The position numbers were made by a program, and so were the translations under genes. 64,000 bases of DNA from Sphyrna mokarran (Eukaryota): the NCBI GenBank assembly GCA_024679065.1, contig JAGIQG010000009.1, positions 58,466,001 through 58,530,000 on the forward strand, given 5' to 3'. The notes under the pieces are model-generated. The model was not told the DNA's origin, did not search any database, and saw only the letters and a program-made list of their open reading frames with translations. Positions 37,980-49,760 of this stretch are shown one piece after another. Numbering within the stretch: position 1 is the first letter of the stretch; each line of letters begins with the position of its first letter.

Positions 37980-38105
37980 AGATGGATTCCTCCAGCCATG
38001 CTCGCCCCAAAACTGGAGAATCCTGCCGGTGATCAATGGACCTTTGCGTGGTCTGCCCCATGCCTGCTACAATTCCTGTGGCAGGTGGATCGGGAGGACT
38101 CCCCC
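37980..38105 (+). mobile_element. MITE family B copy
   Basis: ccagccatgctcgccccaaaactggagaatcc...gctacaattcctgtggc matches 58176-58301. Confidence 0.7.
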
Positions 38106-38589
38106 AATATAAATGCTAGTTGTTACTGATATAGGTCTGTAATCACTGGAAACAGCATCAAGTGTTCCATGATTAATCTCACAGGACACCTTTGCAGCAA
38201 ATAGAACTACAACGTACACCGTCCAACTGTCATGAAGTGAATAGATATCTGAATGCGAATCCCTTTCCAGTCCAAACTAGTCAGATTTTCATATTTTATG
38301 TCTGAAATAAATAGGCCTACTAAATAAAGCTTTGACTCAACTGAATTAATTGTGCACTCCAGTGTCAATCTCTGAATTATGAATATAATTTAGTGTAACA
38401 CTGCAGCACACTATGAACAACATTACTGAAGGTTTAATTTGTATGATGGAGTTAAACAAGCAAGTAAACATAGTTTCTGTTTTGGTGGCAATTAAACATT
38501 CTGTAACATTATTCAAAGAGCAGAGGTGAAAGGATCAGGACAAGGGGGGCCCAATCACGGTCCTGGGAGGGAGGAGAAGGAGTGAAAGC

Positions 38590-39590
38590 AGAGGTGCGGG
38601 GGATGGGTCATACATGGTTGAGCAGCCTGCCCTCTTTCCACTCCACCAACCTCCGCATTCAAAGGATCATCCTCCACCATTTCCGCCAAGTTGTTGTCAT
38701 CACCAAATACATCTTCCCTCACCTCTTCTGTCGGCTTTCTGCTGGGACTCTTCTTTATCTGGTTCTTTCTGCTGGTCCACTCCTTCATCATCCCTCCAAT
38801 TCCTCATCCTTCTTCCACAGAACCTTCCCATGCAACACATACATTAGGCCAAACTGGACAGCGAGGAGGGTATCTTCTCCTTCCTCACTGTCCAATTTGG
38901 CCTAATATATTCTCTGTTCCCAATCTGATCTCCTCAACACTGCAGAGACTAAATATAGAGCAGATGACTGCTTTGCAGAACACCTTTGGTCCATCCAATT
39001 GCAAGACCCAGACCTTCCCTGCCATTTCAACACACTATCTTGCTCTCTTGCCTACATATCCATCCTTGACCTGCTGCAATGTTTCAATGAAGCCCAACAC
39101 AAACTGCAGGAATAGAACCTCATCTTCCGATTAGAAATTTTACAGCCTTCTGGGCTCAACATTAAGTTTAAAAACTTCAGGACATGAAATCATGTTCTTG
39201 TTCCAATTCTGCTCCCCTACCTCCCACCACCCGCACATAGGCAGAGGCACACATACACACATTCAGAGGGCACTGACCTTTGTTCTCTTAACACATTCTG
39301 CTATTTCACCTTAATGCCACTTTCAGCACCTTCTTTAATTTTCAACACTATTAACTCTCCCTTTCTTGTGCCCTCTTGTCAAATCTCTCCTGGTTCCCAC
39401 CTATCCCTGACCTTCTACTCTGCTTCAGTTACTCCATCTCCTCTTAAATAGTATAAAATCCATCACATTTCTCCCTTTCTTTAATTCTGAAGAAGAGCCA
39501 CATGGACTCACATTAACATTGCTAATATGAATCCATATGACTCTTTCCACAGAGAGACCTGTATTTTGTTATATTTTGGTATTTTTGCAA
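38590..39590 (+). mobile_element. Penelope-like element (older family): RT C-terminus, GIY-YIG relic and pLTR
   Basis: FHSTNLRIQRIILHHFRQ and PSPLLSAFCWDSSL, a decayed LLYIGETK-like segment, and pLTR ctgaagaagagccacatggactc. Confidence 0.8.
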
Positions 39591-39839
39591 TTATCCTAAT
39601 GAGTGCAAGATGAAAAGCTTCCACAAAATGTCTTTTTTCTGCAATACTCAAAAACAGCTTAACTGGTTATTCATGTGATTGCTGTTTGTGGAATCCCACA
39701 GCTTACAGAATGACTGCCACATTTTCTTAGCAACTGTCATATTATTTTAAGGTAATTTAGATTTTTCTGATAGATACAAAAATAAGCCAAATTAATTCAT
39801 TGTTCTTTTTCATCTGACTACTACTGAAATGAAGTGTGG

Positions 39840-40000
39840 TTAAAGTTAGTTAACAGCAAAGAGTTACACATCATGGTATAGAACTAAATGTATTGGTGAA
39901 GAGTTTATAAATCATGATGTAATGTTATACTTCATGTCGCAGAGTTACATGTCACAGTATAAAGTCAAATGTCATGTCATAAAGTAATACACCAGGGTGT
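39840..40000. repeat. Degenerate ~20-bp tandem repeat (~8 units)
   Basis: agagttacacatcatggtat / aatgttatacttcatgtcgc / agagttacatgtcacagtat / aaagtcaaatgtcatgtcat. Confidence 0.6.
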
Positions 40001-41019
40001 AGCTACAATCCCAAGTCCTAACTCTGAGAACAGCTCTCAAATATTTCTGGCATGACTTCCCAATCATTTTTTTCTGCTGTTCTTCTATTGAAGTGTTTCA
40101 ATTTCACAATACTCACTGAGAGCATTGTTCAAATCCCATTGCCTTTTCATCATTAATAAAGCAAGCCTGTTTAGCCTTCATCAGGAAAATGTTCAAGGTC
40201 GGAACACAGAAAGTTAATAAACAACAGCTTCCACAATGGGGTTTCAGGAGAAAATGATCAGCATTAACAACGGAATACATAATTGCAGTGAAAAAATGAT
40301 CACAGATGTGAGTCAGATATCTTGCCCCCAGGAAAAATAACATTGTCCTGGAATCACCTGGTCCACTTAAATTTTGTGGGTTGTGGAAACTAACCAGCCG
40401 GAATTGGAATGATCCTTTCACTCTTTCCTTTTAAGTTCTTGTTGCTGTGTGTTTGTAGTTCTTTCTCACTCCTCCGTTTTTCATCCCAAGTTACCTTGCA
40501 GTCATACTATGTTCTTTGCTTTGGGAGCAGATATGGTTCCCATCCATGCCAGGAACTGGAGGTGGTGCATTTTAAGAAGTGCTCAAAGATCTAGGTTAAG
40601 CCCTAACACCTACAGTATGGAGCAATCCTTCGACTGAAAAGTGTAAGGCGTTGCGGGGAGTGGGGGGGCGGTTTGAGATAAAGTGGGGAGTAGTGATTAG
40701 CTGACATCAAGCTTGGCTCTTAAAATCTGCAGTTTGCAGGAGGAAGGAAAGTCTGTAGGAGGTAAAGAATTCCACAACTGTGTCATGCAGGAGTCTGGGC
40801 TTTTCGCTTGGTAAAGGTGGGTGGGTCAACAGGGCAATGCTGGGCACAAATTAGTAAAATATGGAGGCACTTAACATGAGAAACAGAAATGCTGCACCAT
40901 TACAACAGAGTTGCTTTTCTCCATCAGGACTGATCACATTGTTAGAGATGATTAGTAGGAATTTTATTCTGCATTTAACCTGGGCTATACTTGGCCTAGC
41001 AATACCTGAGGATTGGGAG

Positions 41020-42490
41020 TAATTGAGAACACAGCAAAGGAGGATCAGGAAACTGATTAAGAAAAGAAAAAGAGAACATGAATGTAAAACAGTGAGGAAC
41101 ATAAAGGCAGGCTGTAATAGCTTCTTTAGGTATATTGGAAACAAAATGATCAGCACGGATATATGTGGGCATACTACAGGAGAACTCATGATGGAGAACA
41201 GGGAAACAGCAGAAAAAATAAACAGTGACTTTGCGCCTGTCTTCGCAGAAAAAGGTTCTGAAAATCTCTAAGAAAAATTAGGCAACCAAGGGCTTTGAGG
41301 AACTGAGGAATTAAAAGAAATTAGTAATAGTAAATAAGTGATGCTTGAAAAGTTAACTGGGTTGAAGATTGATAAATCCCTTGGGCCAAATGAGCTTCAT
41401 CCCAGAATGTTAAAAGAGGTAGTGGATGCATTGATGGTTATCTTTCAAAACACTGGAAAGGTTCCTGGGGGCTGAAAGTAGTAAACACAACCCCACTACT
41501 TAAGAAGGGAGGAAGAGGGAGAATGGACATCCAGATACCTGCTACTTTGACATCAAGAGTAGGAAAAATGTTCATATTATTCTAAAGGTTCTGACAACTG
41601 GACATTTAGAAAAAAATAGTAAAATTGGGTAAAATCAATTTATGAATTGATTTGTGAAAGGGGAACTGTGTTTGACAACCTTGTTGGAGTTTTCTGAGCT
41701 CACTACTTATAACATTGATAAAGAAGAACCAGTGAACGTGGTGTGTTTGGACTTTCAGAAGGCATTTGATAAAGTCCCACACAGGAGGTTAGGAACAAAA
41801 ATAGAGTATATAGGATTGGAAGAAATATACTAGAATGCTCTGAGAATTGGTTAACGGACAGAATGTAGAGAGTAGGAATAAACAGAACATTTGCAGGATG
41901 GCAAGCTGTTACTCATGGGATATCACAAGGATCAGTCCACAGCTGTTCACAATCTATAAAAGTGATTTGGATGTGGGAACCAATTGTAAGATTTTCAAAT
42001 TTGCTGATGACAGCAAAGTAGGTGGGAATATGAGTTGTGAAGAAGATACTTCATGAGGCCTTGGACAGGCTAAATGAATGGGTAAGAACATGCAGATAGA
42101 ATATAATGTGAATAAATGTGAAGTTATTTATTTCAGTAAGAAAAAAAGAACAGGCAGAATATTTCTTAAGTGGTTAGAAGTTGGAATATGCTGGTGTACA
42201 AAGAAACTTGAGTGTCCTTGTTTGTGAATCACTATAATTTACAACACAAGTGCAAAAGGCAATTCGGAATGCAAATAGTATGTTGGCCTTCATCGCAAGA
42301 CGATCACTGAACAGGAGTAAGGATGTCTTGCTGCAGGTGTAAAACATTGTTGAGCTCACACCTGAAGTATTACGTATATCCTTTTCTAAGGGGGGATATA
42401 CTTGCCCTTGAGGAAGTGCAACAGTGATTCACCAGATTAATCCCTGAGATGGCAGGATATGAGGAGAGATTGGAGAGACTGGATTTGTCT
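41020..42490 (+). mobile_element. CR1 LINE ORF2 reverse transcriptase, disrupted
   Basis: DKSLGPNELHPRMLKE, CLTTLLEF, VNVVCLDFQKAFDKVPHRRL and KFADDSKVGG motifs. Many stops. Confidence 0.92.
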
Positions 42491-42499
42491 TCTGGTATG

Positions 42500-42683
42500 T
42501 GATGCAGCATGACGCCAACTAGACGCATGGGTTCAATTCCTGTATTGGCTGGTGTTATTCATGAAGTTCCCATCAACTGAGGTGTGGTGATCCTCAGGTT
42601 AAATCACCCCTAGTCAGCTCTCCCCCTCAAACAGGGAAAGCAGACTATGGTCATCTAGAATTATGGTGATTTTACCTTTATTA
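42500..42683 (+). mobile_element. Short tRNA-derived SINE
   Basis: B-box gggttcaattcc, a short body and a (ttta)-type tail. It truncates the preceding CR1. Confidence 0.55.
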
Positions 42684-43367
42684 CCAGTCTGCAGTCATCA
42701 CAATAGTCTGAAAATGTAAAAACAAATCTAGCAACTGTCATTGCACGTTGTAAACAATTCTGCAATCTATTCCACATTCTAATGGCTAAAGGAGCTAGTT
42801 AACTTGAGTAACTAGATGTATAGAAACTGATGCACGTGTGTTTAGAATTGATTAAGGCCCTACTTCTAATCTAATAGCTTTTCATTTAAAGGTTTTAATT
42901 GTTAAATTTGACAATGTAAAGTGTGAATAAATCCAAAGATTGTTCTTCAGAAACACTGCATTTTGTGTCCTACATTGAGTATGCTTTTGACAAGGTTGCA
43001 GTGGGGGATGGGTGTAATCAGCAGCCCCTCCATCTTATTAAAACAGAATCAAGAATGAAGGGGCTCATTACTGAGTGTGCTAGAGTGGTGCAGGCCAGCT
43101 TCATGTTAACTTTGCCTCCGTGGAGGCGAGCAGTCCATACCCATGCTGCATTCAGCCCATTGACTCATTTCGGTGAGGCTAACTTTCCCGGTCAGAAGTC
43201 AGGTCTCTACACAATCTGACCGTGGTTATTTCTTATTATTTCAATATTTACTTAGAGCTGGGAAGAGAGCAAGAGAAGGACGATTTTCGGAAACATTGAT
43301 AGGAGTAGGTGTTGGAAGTCATTCTGAAGCAGACTTTGGCCTGGAAAAGATATAGAATATACAATAT

Positions 43368-43585
43368 GGCAGAGAATGGATTCCAAAATTCTTTGATATA
43401 GCAATGATATAGCAATGGATGCCTTGGTGCAGATGGTAGACAGGAGGAGAGAGGCTTTATCCAAGACAGATTAAGAGGCCCTCCAAAGGAAGTAGATAGT
43501 CATCATAGTGAACGCCAACAGTGTAATTCCAAAGGTCTAGATGCAGGGTCACAATAAGTTCAATGACCTTACATAAGTGGTCAAA
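43368..43585 (+). pseudogene. PIF/Harbinger Myb/SANT (NAIF1/MSANTD-like) DNA-binding protein relic
   Basis: REWIPKFFDIAM/DALVQMVDRRREAL ... VNANSVIPKV*MQGHNKFNDLT fits R.PRFS..LE.LV..V..R / W..IA..VNA..RT..QC.KKFNDL. An 11-bp duplication at 43394-43415 frameshifts it. Confidence 0.7.
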
Positions 43586-43970
43586 TTCCAAGGTTCCATC
43601 TTCATGTACTATATTACCCCATTAATCTCACAATGCTCAATTCACCATCACTGTGTCTTCTTTCAACTTCAAGCAAACTATCAAGCATGATTCACACTTT
43701 ACATAGCTTTTATCCTACCCTTTTACACTTGGCATGCTATAAGCCTCACAGACTGCACACATTTTTGCTGTTTATCTATAGCAACCACATAATTCAATCA
43801 CATTATTAAAATTAATTCTACAGACGTTGGCTTCACCGGCTAGGCCAATACTTGTTGCCCCTCCCTAATTGCCCTTGAGAAGATTGTGGTAAGCTGCCTT
43901 CTTGAACACTGCAGGCCATAAGGTACAATCACAAAGCTGTTAGGGAGGGTGTTCCAGAATTTTAATCCAC

Positions 43971-44664
43971 TGTTACCATTCAGGTTAGAAACTCCGAAGT
44001 GTTTTATGAACTCTGCCTGAATCCTAAGTTTTGCATCTTGAATTTGGTTAGGATAAGCATGATATGTTGCACTTCATGTATGATTCAAAAGACCCACTAG
44101 GAAGTTTTTATCAAACAAAGTTTATTTAAGAATATAGTTAACATATACAGAACAAGATTAGCAATAACTTTTATCAATTATAAACAAAAACAAAACAACC
44201 ACAATAATGTTAACCATTAACCAATACATATATCAGATATTCTATTCAAAACCAATATCTGATAAACAAAACACTTCAAAAAGATTTATCACTACACAGG
44301 CTAAAGCTCACATGCTACTGGAATCCAGTTCCCTGGATTGGATGTTGATTTCAAATTATCTTGAAACCTCAAAGCAGTTTCCCAAAACACCAGAGTATCG
44401 ATTCTTTACTGCTACATGACAACAAGCCTTTCTTTCAACTAAATGGTAAAAATTTCAATGCAAAACAGAAAGGGAAAGATAATTTTTTCCAGCTTGCTCC
44501 TAAGATTGTCTCTAACACTGCAGTCAAAACTAAACCGAAAGCTGAAAAGCTTCAGTCGCTTGACCTGCCCACAGTTTTTTTTTCCTTCTGGTAATGACAT
44601 CACCCAAGGCTGTAACCATGATTTTAAAAACTTCTCAAAGGTCATTAACATTATTAACATCACA
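43971..44664 (-). mobile_element. Solo LTR (694 bp, Gypsy-like)
   Basis: TG...CA termini, 4-bp TSD ccac/ccag and AATAAA on the minus strand at ~44121. It splits a LINE 3' end that rejoins across it. Confidence 0.75.
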
Positions 44665-45144
44665 CCAGTAACAGGAAGGAACAACAATATATTTTCAAGT
44701 CAGGATTGGTGAGTGACTTTGTGGGGAACCAAAGGACATGTGTACCAGATAAATTTTTATACTTGACAATGGTTTCATGATCATAATTAGACTATTAATC
44801 CCAGATTTTTTAACTGAATTCAAATTACATTCATGCACAGGTCCCTGTAGTACCTGTCCAATGACAATATTACTGTGCCACCACCTCGACCATTGCATCA
44901 CACTCAACAACACAATTTCCTCTCTCTTGTAGGTCAAGATGGCACAAAACCTGTTATGATCTCCATAGAGACTGATAACTTTAAAACAAAGAAATCTGAA
45001 CTTCCAGTTAATAGCTGAAATGATGACTTGATGTGATTTCACACTATAAGACTTTTGCTGTGGCAGAAGCCTATTGACCAAACATTATCTCTGTAGCCAA
45101 ATTAAAAACACAAAACATCCATCTCATTCTCCTAGCACAACCAA

Positions 45145-45922
45145 AAACACATTCCATATATATTTATTTTTCACTGTCCTTTAAGTAGATATTCCATTCT
45201 CCCAGAACTAGCCCAAGGTAATTCTTATCTCTCAGGAGTTTACTTCTGTTCTTTTTCTGTCTCAGCCTGGGAATTTTTAATCTCAGATCTGTTTTCACAG
45301 TGAAGTTTTCTCCCTGAGGAGTTTCTTTCTCTTGCACCAGCTGGGTGAATCTTCCAGTCTTGTTTCAATTCCTCATGAGTGCAGTCTTTTCAATCCAAGT
45401 CTGAGTTCGCACCTACATTTCTGAATGATGAACCACTGCATCATGCTGCCTCTAACTGTTCAACTTTTCCTGGATCCTGGAATACCAACCTTGTCTGTAA
45501 GTTTCCAGGGATAGTTTAGACCCTTCCTCTCTCAATGGTAATGTGAAGCCTATAGGCTTTGTATCAGGTAGAAATGTTGGTAGAATTGGTAATTCATTTT
45601 TATCTTGAAAGCAGAGTTCAAAATACACAGGGTGGCAGCAAACTTGCCTTTGAAAGCCCATTAAAACATTAATGACTGGGCAACAAATAGCATTTAAGTC
45701 ATCCCTGTACATAGGAAAGATAAGCTGTGCATGGCTGTCCTCCAATCACAGATTCTGTCACTTCCATATTCACTGCCCAATCTCTGTCCTGTTCTTGCTG
45801 CTCTTCTACAGAAGAATGTACAACTGGAGGAGCAGCCAGGCCGAGGGATAAGAACTGTGACAGGAGGAGCCGGAGCAGTTATTCTAGCTGATCCCATTGC
45901 TGCCATCATGCTGAGTCCAAAC
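45145..45922 (-). other. Candidate terminal exon with 3' UTR of an unidentified minus-strand gene
   Basis: Strong acceptor ctcttgctgcttgtttctgccttcctctccttcttcCAG at 45923. AATAAA (45163-45168) is followed by GT-rich tgtgtttttggttgtg. No TE recognised in between. Confidence 0.35.
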
Positions 45923-47839
45923 CTGGAAGAAGGAGAGGAAGGCAGAAACAAGCAGCAAGAGGCCTCATTGAGCAATGTTTATTCAAGACCTATGGCTGCG
46001 GTATCCAAGTTGGGTCAGGGACTTGGCGCACCCTCAGCAGATGGATAGGCCGGAGCAAGGAATGCCAGCAGGGAGAAAAAACAGAGGAGGGACAGACACA
46101 AGCTGAGTAGACAGCAAAATAGTGGTGCCTTCACCTGAATTAATTCTACTGTCTGGCTCGCAAATCTTTTAAAGACGCTGATATTTTTGTCTGCATTTGT
46201 CTGCAAATCCCCGAGTTGCATGCTTTTTATTGCACAGTTGGATGTTTGGATGTTAGTATCCTGCCATGTTTCTTAACACTCACTTTAAACACAAGTAGTA
46301 AGGAGAATGAAACTTGCAATAAATCCAAAATATTCTGGGGGTGCTAACAATTAATGTTTAAAGGGACCCAGATATGAGAGTCATTGTCAATAAGATGTAT
46401 GCCAATTAGAATTTCTATTTTCCAAAATGGAGAATGAGAAGTTTATTCACAATAAATTAATCAAAATATCTTATTACACACTCCACATTAATCAATGTAG
46501 TAATGTTAGGAAATTCAACACAAATTCAGATGGTAAAATTACCACATGACTGGGTCATCTTATAAACAGGTTAATGAGAATTAAAGACGAACTTGTGAAA
46601 ATGCAGTCTTCGAAAAAATCTTAAAACAAGCTCTCAGAAGGGAAATAATTGATGCCTGCTTGGAAGTAAATGGACAGTTTAAAGCACAACTGACATTTTC
46701 AAAATTCCCCTGGCTTTTGGAAACTCACAATCCATCCACTGTTAATGCACAGGCTTTTGCCATTGTGTTCAAGTGTAAAGACCTTGCACTTTTTTCCAGC
46801 AAAATCTAGGTCCCTTTCAATCTCTTAACAATCAAACCATCCCCTTTCAGAATGACAGCTTTTCTCCTCTCACCACTGAACTCCACCAGCACTCTTGTGA
46901 CTGTTGATCAGCCAGCCAGCTGCTCAGCACAATCTGCTGCCACAAATTCCAGTGGTACAGTTCAAAGCCTCGCCTTCTAAAACTAGAACTATCCAAAGTC
47001 ATCCTGCAAAGACATCTGCAGTCTCTTCACTGAAAGTCAGCACCTTTCACCAGCCAAGCTGCAGGTTCTGTGGGGAGAGGCTGATAAATTGACTTTTGTA
47101 TCTGATTAATCATGATCTCATTGAATGGTGGAGCAGATTCAATGAGCCAAATAGCCGACTTCTGATTTTATGTCTTACGGTCTTATGGTATGGATTGTTG
47201 GGTGGTTTGATTGATAAAGCTGGTTTGGAATATTTGTTTCATGTTGGCTTTTGTTTCAGCATTGCGGCTAAGATGGTCAAGTATGGGACTTCTGGTGAAT
47301 GATGAATTGGAGTTGTGGTTACTGGTACCTTTGTCTAATGAGTGAATCACAAACGGCCTGGTCAGGAAGGGGATGTGTTGATTACCTTCTTCCGTTCCAC
47401 AGCTGAGTATATTCAAAAAATTGTGGGCAGCGGGTATAGATTCAGAAAGAAAAACATTATAAAGTATTGTTTCAGAGAATTATTGACCATTAGATCAGAG
47501 TGAACTTTGGAGCAAACTACTGGCTGGGGTAGTAGATGCAGATTCACTGTAAACAGGGAGCTGGAAAAGTTCTTGGAGGAGGCTGATACTGCAGGTTATA
47601 AAAGGTAAGCAGAACATTGACTGATATATCTTACAATCATTATAAACTCCAGGGACTTAATTAACCCACCTTTGAGATACAGAGAGAAAATTCCCAGAAT
47701 TCTTTATTCTCCTAAATGGCGATGATCTTAACAAAACAATTCAAAGTGTGAAACAAGCATGAAAACGGAAGAGTTTCAAATCTATTTTTTTGGTGAGATC
47801 ACAAACGAAGTCTTACGGCATGTTATGCAGAGAATGATA

Positions 47840-48630
47840 CAAAATCTGATTCCTGCCAGTAGTGGGGAGGGGCCTGAACTTTTCAGAAAGCTGGTTGCTC
47901 ACACCACAGGGCGCAACTGCATGTGCTATAAGTCACCTGCCTCCTCTCCCCAATATTGTCCATGCCTCCTGTGCTAATTGCTAGTCTCTCCAGCCAATCA
48001 GCCTTCTCACCCCCATGGATAACACCACCGCATCTTTTCCAGGCTGATCTCACCCCTCCCCTCACCTTCCCTTCCGCCCAGGTCGATCCCTCCCCCTCTA
48101 CCTCACCCCCACCTGGCCTGGTGAATTGCCAGCACACCTTTTTTTAAACCATGTCCCCCGGAGGCTCCGCCCCCTTTGTACCGCTTAGTGTCCGATGGGC
48201 AATGCCAGGATGGCAATGCCAGCTGCCAGGCAGACTGCCCAAGGAGAACTGCCTCCCTCCCACCCCCAGGGGGCCTTAATGGCCTCTGGTCCCACCGGCA
48301 AGGCCACCATGTCAAGTCCCCATTGATGAGGATCATATGTGAACTTTGCTGGTGGGGTCCTTCATTGGTGAGGCCGTTAAGGCAGGTGAGCCCAGACAAT
48401 TGTTTCATAGGCTCACTAATAGTATTTAAACCAGCAATGAAATCGATCGATGTATTATAATCACAGCCTTGCACCCTTCCTGAACGCAAGGCTGATCATG
48501 CCAGAAATCCGCGGCTGCTAAGATCACAAAAGGCAAGAAACTGGGCATGAACCTGAGTTTTCGTGCAATCTTACCGGCTTGCCCTGCCCACCAACTGGTC
48601 TGATTAGCGAGTAAGATCACCTCTTCTGGG
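47840..48630. mobile_element. Harbinger-like non-autonomous element (GC-rich, GGCAATGCC motifs)
   Basis: Same layout as 16708 and 37117 in the opposite orientation: C-rich interior and ggcaatgcc twice. Boundaries approximate. Confidence 0.4.
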
Positions 48631-49469
48631 TTTATGAGCAAATCTATTTATTTTAGATTATATGGGTTGTGGAAGAATGTGAAATAGAGATGTTAAGAAA
48701 CAGAAAGGGTTGTATTGCTTAATTGCAATATGGCTCAATGGACTTTTACTATCAGCCTTTCTGTGTGTTAGCAAACTGTAGAGAGAAGAGATTTTCCTAA
48801 GGAAGCTGATTGGCAAAGGCAAAAAAATCTATAATGCAGATCCCAATGCTTCTCATCTGCTTCAGTCTTTCCTTCTTCCTGTAAACTAGAGGGTTTTAAA
48901 CCCAAACTTAATGGAGTTCAAATTTCTCAGTCCAGCTGGTAAATTAGAGCTACAGCAGAACAACTGCACACTCTGTCAGCACCCACAAGTGTTGGTTTTC
49001 GCCTTACATGGAGGAATCCATTGGTGAACTTGAGAACAGACTCTGGTAAGAGGAGACAGGGGTGTGAGTGGTGAAGGAAGGGTGCCCAATTCCAGGAGTT
49101 CCATCTTCCTCAGCCTCAAAGGGACATTTTATAAGTCTTAAGACCAACATGCAAGCATGATTAAAACATACTAACCTCCTGAAAGAAAGAAGTTGTCTTC
49201 ACTAGGATGTATGATTCAGGATAAGCATCTGACCCCTTTGAAAGTTGCCGAGTATTTTGTTTTTACATTTTTTAATGGAGCTCAAACACGTGGGATTGCT
49301 GGGGCCACCGTCCCACTCTCTCGGGGAAGGAGTCAAGCTTCCCTTACCTGGCTACCCCCTCCACCGTCACACCCTTCCATCTCCTACACCTCAGCAGAAG
49401 GTTTCTTGCCAATGGGGCACATTGATTTTCCAAGTTTTGGTGTGGGCATGCACTAACCCCCCGATTACA

Positions 49470-49760
49470 CACACTGAAAGAAATCTCACAATACCAGATT
49501 AAAAACCAACAGGTTTATTTGATAGCAAAAGCCACAAGCCTTCGGAGTGCTTCTCCTTTGTCAGATAAGTGGAAGTTCTGCTTACAAATACAGCATATAA
49601 AGATACAAATTCAATTTACAAAATAATGGTTGGAATGCAAGTCTTAACGGGTGATCATGTCTTAAGGGTACAGACAATATGAGTGGAGAGAGGTTTAAGC
49701 ATAGGTTAAAGAGATGTGTATTGTCTCCAGATAGAACAGCTAGAGAGATTTTGCACACAC
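49470..49760 (-). mobile_element. Penelope pLTR/3' UTR (young family), hammerhead core mutated
   Basis: Reverse match to 20310-20603. The core reads CTGACAA...GAAG. Confidence 0.8.

Noticed and set aside
45546-45559. 14-bp perfect palindrome aagcctataggctt (and a similar one at ~20908)
   Set aside because: About four such palindromes are expected by chance in 64 kb.
45452-45745. Tx1/ZCCHC3-like ORF1 relic
   Set aside because: Only a vague resemblance (YFELCF versus FDVSF), with no zinc knuckles or downstream EN/RT.
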